A stretch of DNA of 63,923 nt, the filler included, from Lenisia limosa (Eukaryota > Protista > Breviatea), in assembly GCA_001655205.1 (NCBI GenBank). It is 14 parts of 14 records of this genome, joined end to end, with 100 filler letters (N's around TTAATTAATTAA, not from the genome) between each part and the next. Parts side by side here need not be neighbours in the genome. Positions count along the whole stretch, not along the records: positions 60,305 to 61,706 come from LPNZ01002916.1; positions 61,807 to 62,819 come from LPNZ01001176.1; positions 62,920 to 63,923 come from LPNZ01003242.1; 11 more parts are not named here. One strand, 5' to 3'. This document shows, piece by piece, positions 60,305-63,923 of this stretch; position 1 is the stretch's first letter, and the number at the start of each line of letters is the position of its first letter. Under the pieces are notes generated by a model that saw nothing but the letters and a program-made list of their open reading frames with translations, was not told the origin of the DNA and made no database searches. The translations under genes and the position numbers were made by a program.

Positions 60305-60361
60305 GAAAACAACAACAAAATAAAGAAGCCAAGCCAGGCCAGTCGCTTCTGCAACACCGCA
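60305..60361 (-). repeat. Family B 5' part at scaffold edge
   Basis: Reverse complement TGCGGTGTTGCAGAAGCGACTGGCCTGGCTTGGCTTC..TTGTTGTTGTTTTC. Confidence 0.8.
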
Positions 60362-62069
60362 TGTGATTATGGATGTAACAGGCTGAGTGAAGGATAACAG
60401 AGAGGGATATCAAAAAAAATTAAAAACAATAGTTTACAATCCCAAGACAGCATTTGGCATTGACTTGGATGCCAGTTCTCTATCTTCGAGGTTGACTGAA
60501 TCGTGTTTCTCTTGATGTAACATTTGATTACGTCGAATTACTTAGCACACATCTTCCGTTGCGGTGAGGGATGTTTTGCTTACTGAATGAAGAAGAATCT
60601 CTTTCAAAAGAGAAAATCTTTATGTTCAATTGTAAAAAAAAAAATATTGAGAAATCCATGCTATTCCTCATCATCCCCCAAAAGAAGGATTATGAGGCGC
60701 TATCGGCCCCATTTTCTTCTCATTTTAAGACATTGTGGCCACTCTTCCGGAACCAGGACAGGTCCCCTTCTCTTTGTGGAGAGCAGTCTCACCAATTCCG
60801 GGGCTAACATTAGCCAACTGAAGGGGATCAGAAACGGCCTACAAAACAAACGTACTGAATCGTTGTCTCTTGTATCTAATATTGTCATTAAATGTTGTTT
60901 ATAAAAACAGATTGGTGTTTAGAGAAGGGTGAAGAGCTGAGGGACACTCGAATCCCATTGAGGAGGTTTGTAATTATGGCTTATGTATGAAATCCCTATA
61001 ATGGTTCGACATTTTTATCTGTAAGGAAACACCCTACCTCACTTTGGAAGAGATGGTCCGTATCAAGGTGGGTTTTTGCAAGTCTGGATCGCGCTAATAG
61101 TATAAAAAGGAGTTCCCGCCGCCAGGGCCCTCACCGACCATGAGGAGGATTTGGAACCGAAGAGGATGGCATTTCCCGTCACGGAATGGTATCCCACCTT
61201 TTTGCTGGTCCCCCCTCTTATCGAAGTTGGGGGAAATGTACAGAATATATTTTTTGCTTAGCTTAAAGGATTGATCTTATAAGAAGTAAGTTTGCATGCT
61301 CTTTTGAATGCAAATTCCTTATAAGCGCGAGCGACGTTCTTCCAAAGGGAGAAGGTGCACCTCAAAAATTACCAGAAGACCTTCAGCCAATTCTCTTGTC
61401 GCAGGTCTATGAGAGGATTTTAACTGGTAATGCCCCAGATAAAAATGAGATGTTACAAATGGTAAGTTGCAGTTGAATATGCTTTGACCAACAGACTCAG
61501 AAAGTAATCTTGGATAACACTGGAAAATTGTGCAAGCTTTCATCAATGTGGCTCCCACGATTTTTGAAAAAGTTCCCCATTCTTAAAAATGCGATTCGTT
61601 GTCATCTTGTTATTTACTATTATAGAAACCAAACATATCAAACCCCGATATGCACATGTGATGCTAGAGACACTTCGGCAACACAGAATTCTGATGTACT
61701 TACTACNNNNNNNNNNNNNNNNNNNNNNNNNNNNNNNNNNNNNNNNNNNNTTAATTAATTAANNNNNNNNNNNNNNNNNNNNNNNNNNNNNNNNNNNNNN
61801 NNNNNNAGAGAACGGCTGCCGTGGACTTACTATAAAGGGAAATTAGTAAGCGTAATTACAATAAATAGCTGTCGGTACTGGAAATTGGTAATATCATTTA
61901 CTATAAGGGGGAATTATCAGGGGAAATTAGCAATATATTACCCATGAATAGGCAGATCATATCATGTAATATCATATCATATCTTATAATATCATATCAT
62001 CATACATGTCCTATCATATAGTAACTACATGAGAAACAATAAATGAAAATCTGACCAAAGTCGTCAACA

Positions 62070-62580
62070 CCATCCCACTTCTAAGAGCCCTCTGATTGAT
62101 AAAAAACACAAGGGAAGTCCTACTTTTGCGCCAGTTCAGTTTTGGCTTGGGAGAGTTGGTTGCGCACCACCTGCAATGGTCAAATAGAATGGCAAAAAAA
62201 GAGGTACATATCATATATTAACCAAATCAGCCAAATAGAACGGCAGTGTACATAAAGACTAGATATACTACATGTAGTATGCATGATAATCTTGTTCAAA
62301 AAAGGTAGTAATATTATATGATATATCGATATGTATAATAGACACTGTGGATACTATTCGTGAAAAAATAGGTATCCTAAGATATAACCCCAGCATCCTG
62401 GTACATGATATAATCCCCCCACTGCCAGATTATTTTCCAGCGACTGAATTCGGGTCTGCACCTCCGGCGGCACCCTGGTAGCAGCCTTGGACGCCTTTCT
62501 TGCGTCGTCGCGTTGCGCCTTCAGGACCTCAATCTCGTCACGTGCCTCCTCTAGCTCCTGCTCTAACTTGGCTACCTGGG
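62070..62580 (-). CDS. Coiled-coil protein exons (VAKLEQELEEARDEIEVLKAQRDDARKA; VVRNQLSQAKTELAQK)
   Basis: Heptad-like translation; CCCAG/CAG acceptors and GT donors. Confidence 0.5.
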
Positions 62581-63629
62581 GGATGAATACAGTTTAGAGG
62601 GATTTATGTGTAATATTGGGTTATATTTAGGGTATGTGTTCTACTGTGGTGTAATATATTGGGTATTCACGGGTGTTTTTGGTGGTGTTAAGAGAGGGGG
62701 GGTATTCACGCGCATCAAGTTGCCACCAACATCATTATTACTGGAGGTTATTTGATTTCTGATACAAAAAAGAATGGGGTGTGTGACAAAAGGAGGAGTA
62801 ATGTGGGGGTCCACTATCCNNNNNNNNNNNNNNNNNNNNNNNNNNNNNNNNNNNNNNNNNNNNTTAATTAATTAANNNNNNNNNNNNNNNNNNNNNNNNN
62901 NNNNNNNNNNNNNNNNNNNGGGGGTATATATGGATTATACCATATAGTATATGCAATAAGTGACTGTGATTCTTATGTTACCCAATATTGCATGTTTTTT
63001 TGTCAACGTATCCAAATTTATTTTTCAATCTATTTGAAAATTGGTTAGTCAAAGATTCATCTAAACTAACACATCTTTCAGAAATTTCATTATCATCTTT
63101 TAACTCTTCTGGGAAAAATTGAATAGAACTATAATAATACGTGTTTGTATCGCTTGTATCAATTATTTCACTCATTTTTTTTCTTCTTATTTCTTACCTG
63201 GTTGAAAGAGAAGGTCTCAACAAATGACGCAAATGATGCAAGGTGGTCGGGAAGGATACTTTCCTAATATGGTAAGTCAGGGCTAATCGTTGTTTATTTG
63301 ATGCAAATAAAACACGACGTTGTTGCTTACGATATCTTCGGGTTGGGGTCCTTGGAGCACATTGCAGAGGAGCTGTAGAGGAATAAGAAATGGAGAGGCG
63401 GGTAAATATACACAGCGGGAAATCGGTCAAGACTTCTATATCCCGGTTGCTGTAGACAAGAAAAGCCCAAAATAAAATAAAAATCACCCAGCACCTTTTC
63501 ACCCCCCCCCTTTTTTTAGAGTTGGTTTCTCGTGCTTGTTATTGCTTGTTGTTTTTGTGTCAGATTATTCGGTTTGTGATTAGTACCTATACGCCAATAT
63601 TTTTCATCGAAATTCCCTTCGTTACTCAC

Positions 63630-63721
63630 CCCCAAGCCCCTCCCTCACATCGGCGACAGTTCTGCGGCGGAAAGCCTTGACCTTCTGAGCAGTCACGAGG
63701 GGGGCAATGCGAGGCCATGCC
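63630..63721 (-). CDS. Exon of an unidentified gene (AWPRIAPLVTAQKVKAFRRRTVADVREGLG)
   Basis: TTTAG acceptor, GTGAGT donor, open frame. Confidence 0.5.
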
Positions 63722-63736
63722 CTAAAGCGTGAGAAA

Positions 63737-63832
63737 ATCGAAAAGTTTATGAAACAAAAGAACCCCTCTGTTGGCTGACAACACACTAGGGTTAATAACA
63801 ACAAAACAAACAGAACCCTGGTGTCGCTTCTG
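63737..63832 (-). repeat. Family B copy upstream of the acceptor at 63722-63723
   Basis: GCAGAAGCGACACCAGGG..TTATTAACCCTAGTGTGTTGTCAGCCAACAGAGGGG..GTTTCATAAACTTTTCGATTTTCTCACGCTTTAG|exon. Confidence 0.82.
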
Positions 63833-63923
63833 CAAAAAGGGGACAAAAGAGTTCCAAGAAAGAAGCGAGTAGTTTCCCAGAAATTTCCGTTTTGTCCTTG
63901 AGGGGAGGGTGTACATAGTGATT

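Noticed and set aside
61320-61500. Second hAT fragment (FVTSHFYLG..RELAEGLLVIFE)
   Set aside because: Resemblance is too weak and there is no catalytic D-x-W motif; not supportable by eye.

Overview
This window is not one contiguous locus. It is 14 small scaffolds joined by artificial N-TTAATTAATTAA-N spacers (13 spacers), with many internal N gaps. Scaffold 1 (1-1125) is a bacterial 23S rRNA fragment that looks like Campylobacterota. The other 13 scaffolds come from an intron-rich, probably flagellated microbial eukaryote with GT-AG introns. Recognisable genes are adenylate kinase, a divergent dynein heavy chain fragment, RPS3A (eS1), a cactin C-terminal exon and an E/K-rich repeat ORF. There are also several unidentified multi-exon genes. 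Transposon relics include Crypton-like and DIRS-like tyrosine recombinases, hAT, pogo/DDE_1, KDZ-like and RT remnants, several of them carrying spliceosomal introns. The most unusual signals concern intron architecture: (i) a ~165-nt repeat ('B') with a conserved hairpin, found sense-oriented and usually running into the 3' splice site of unrelated introns; (ii) repeated tandem duplications centred on splice junctions; (iii) a ~95-bp Tourist-like palindromic MITE ('A') in ~16 copies; (iv) a phase-consistent multi-exon gene nested antisense in an adenylate kinase intron. All calls come from reading the sequence by eye and from motif recall. No database searches were run, and repeat boundaries are approximate.
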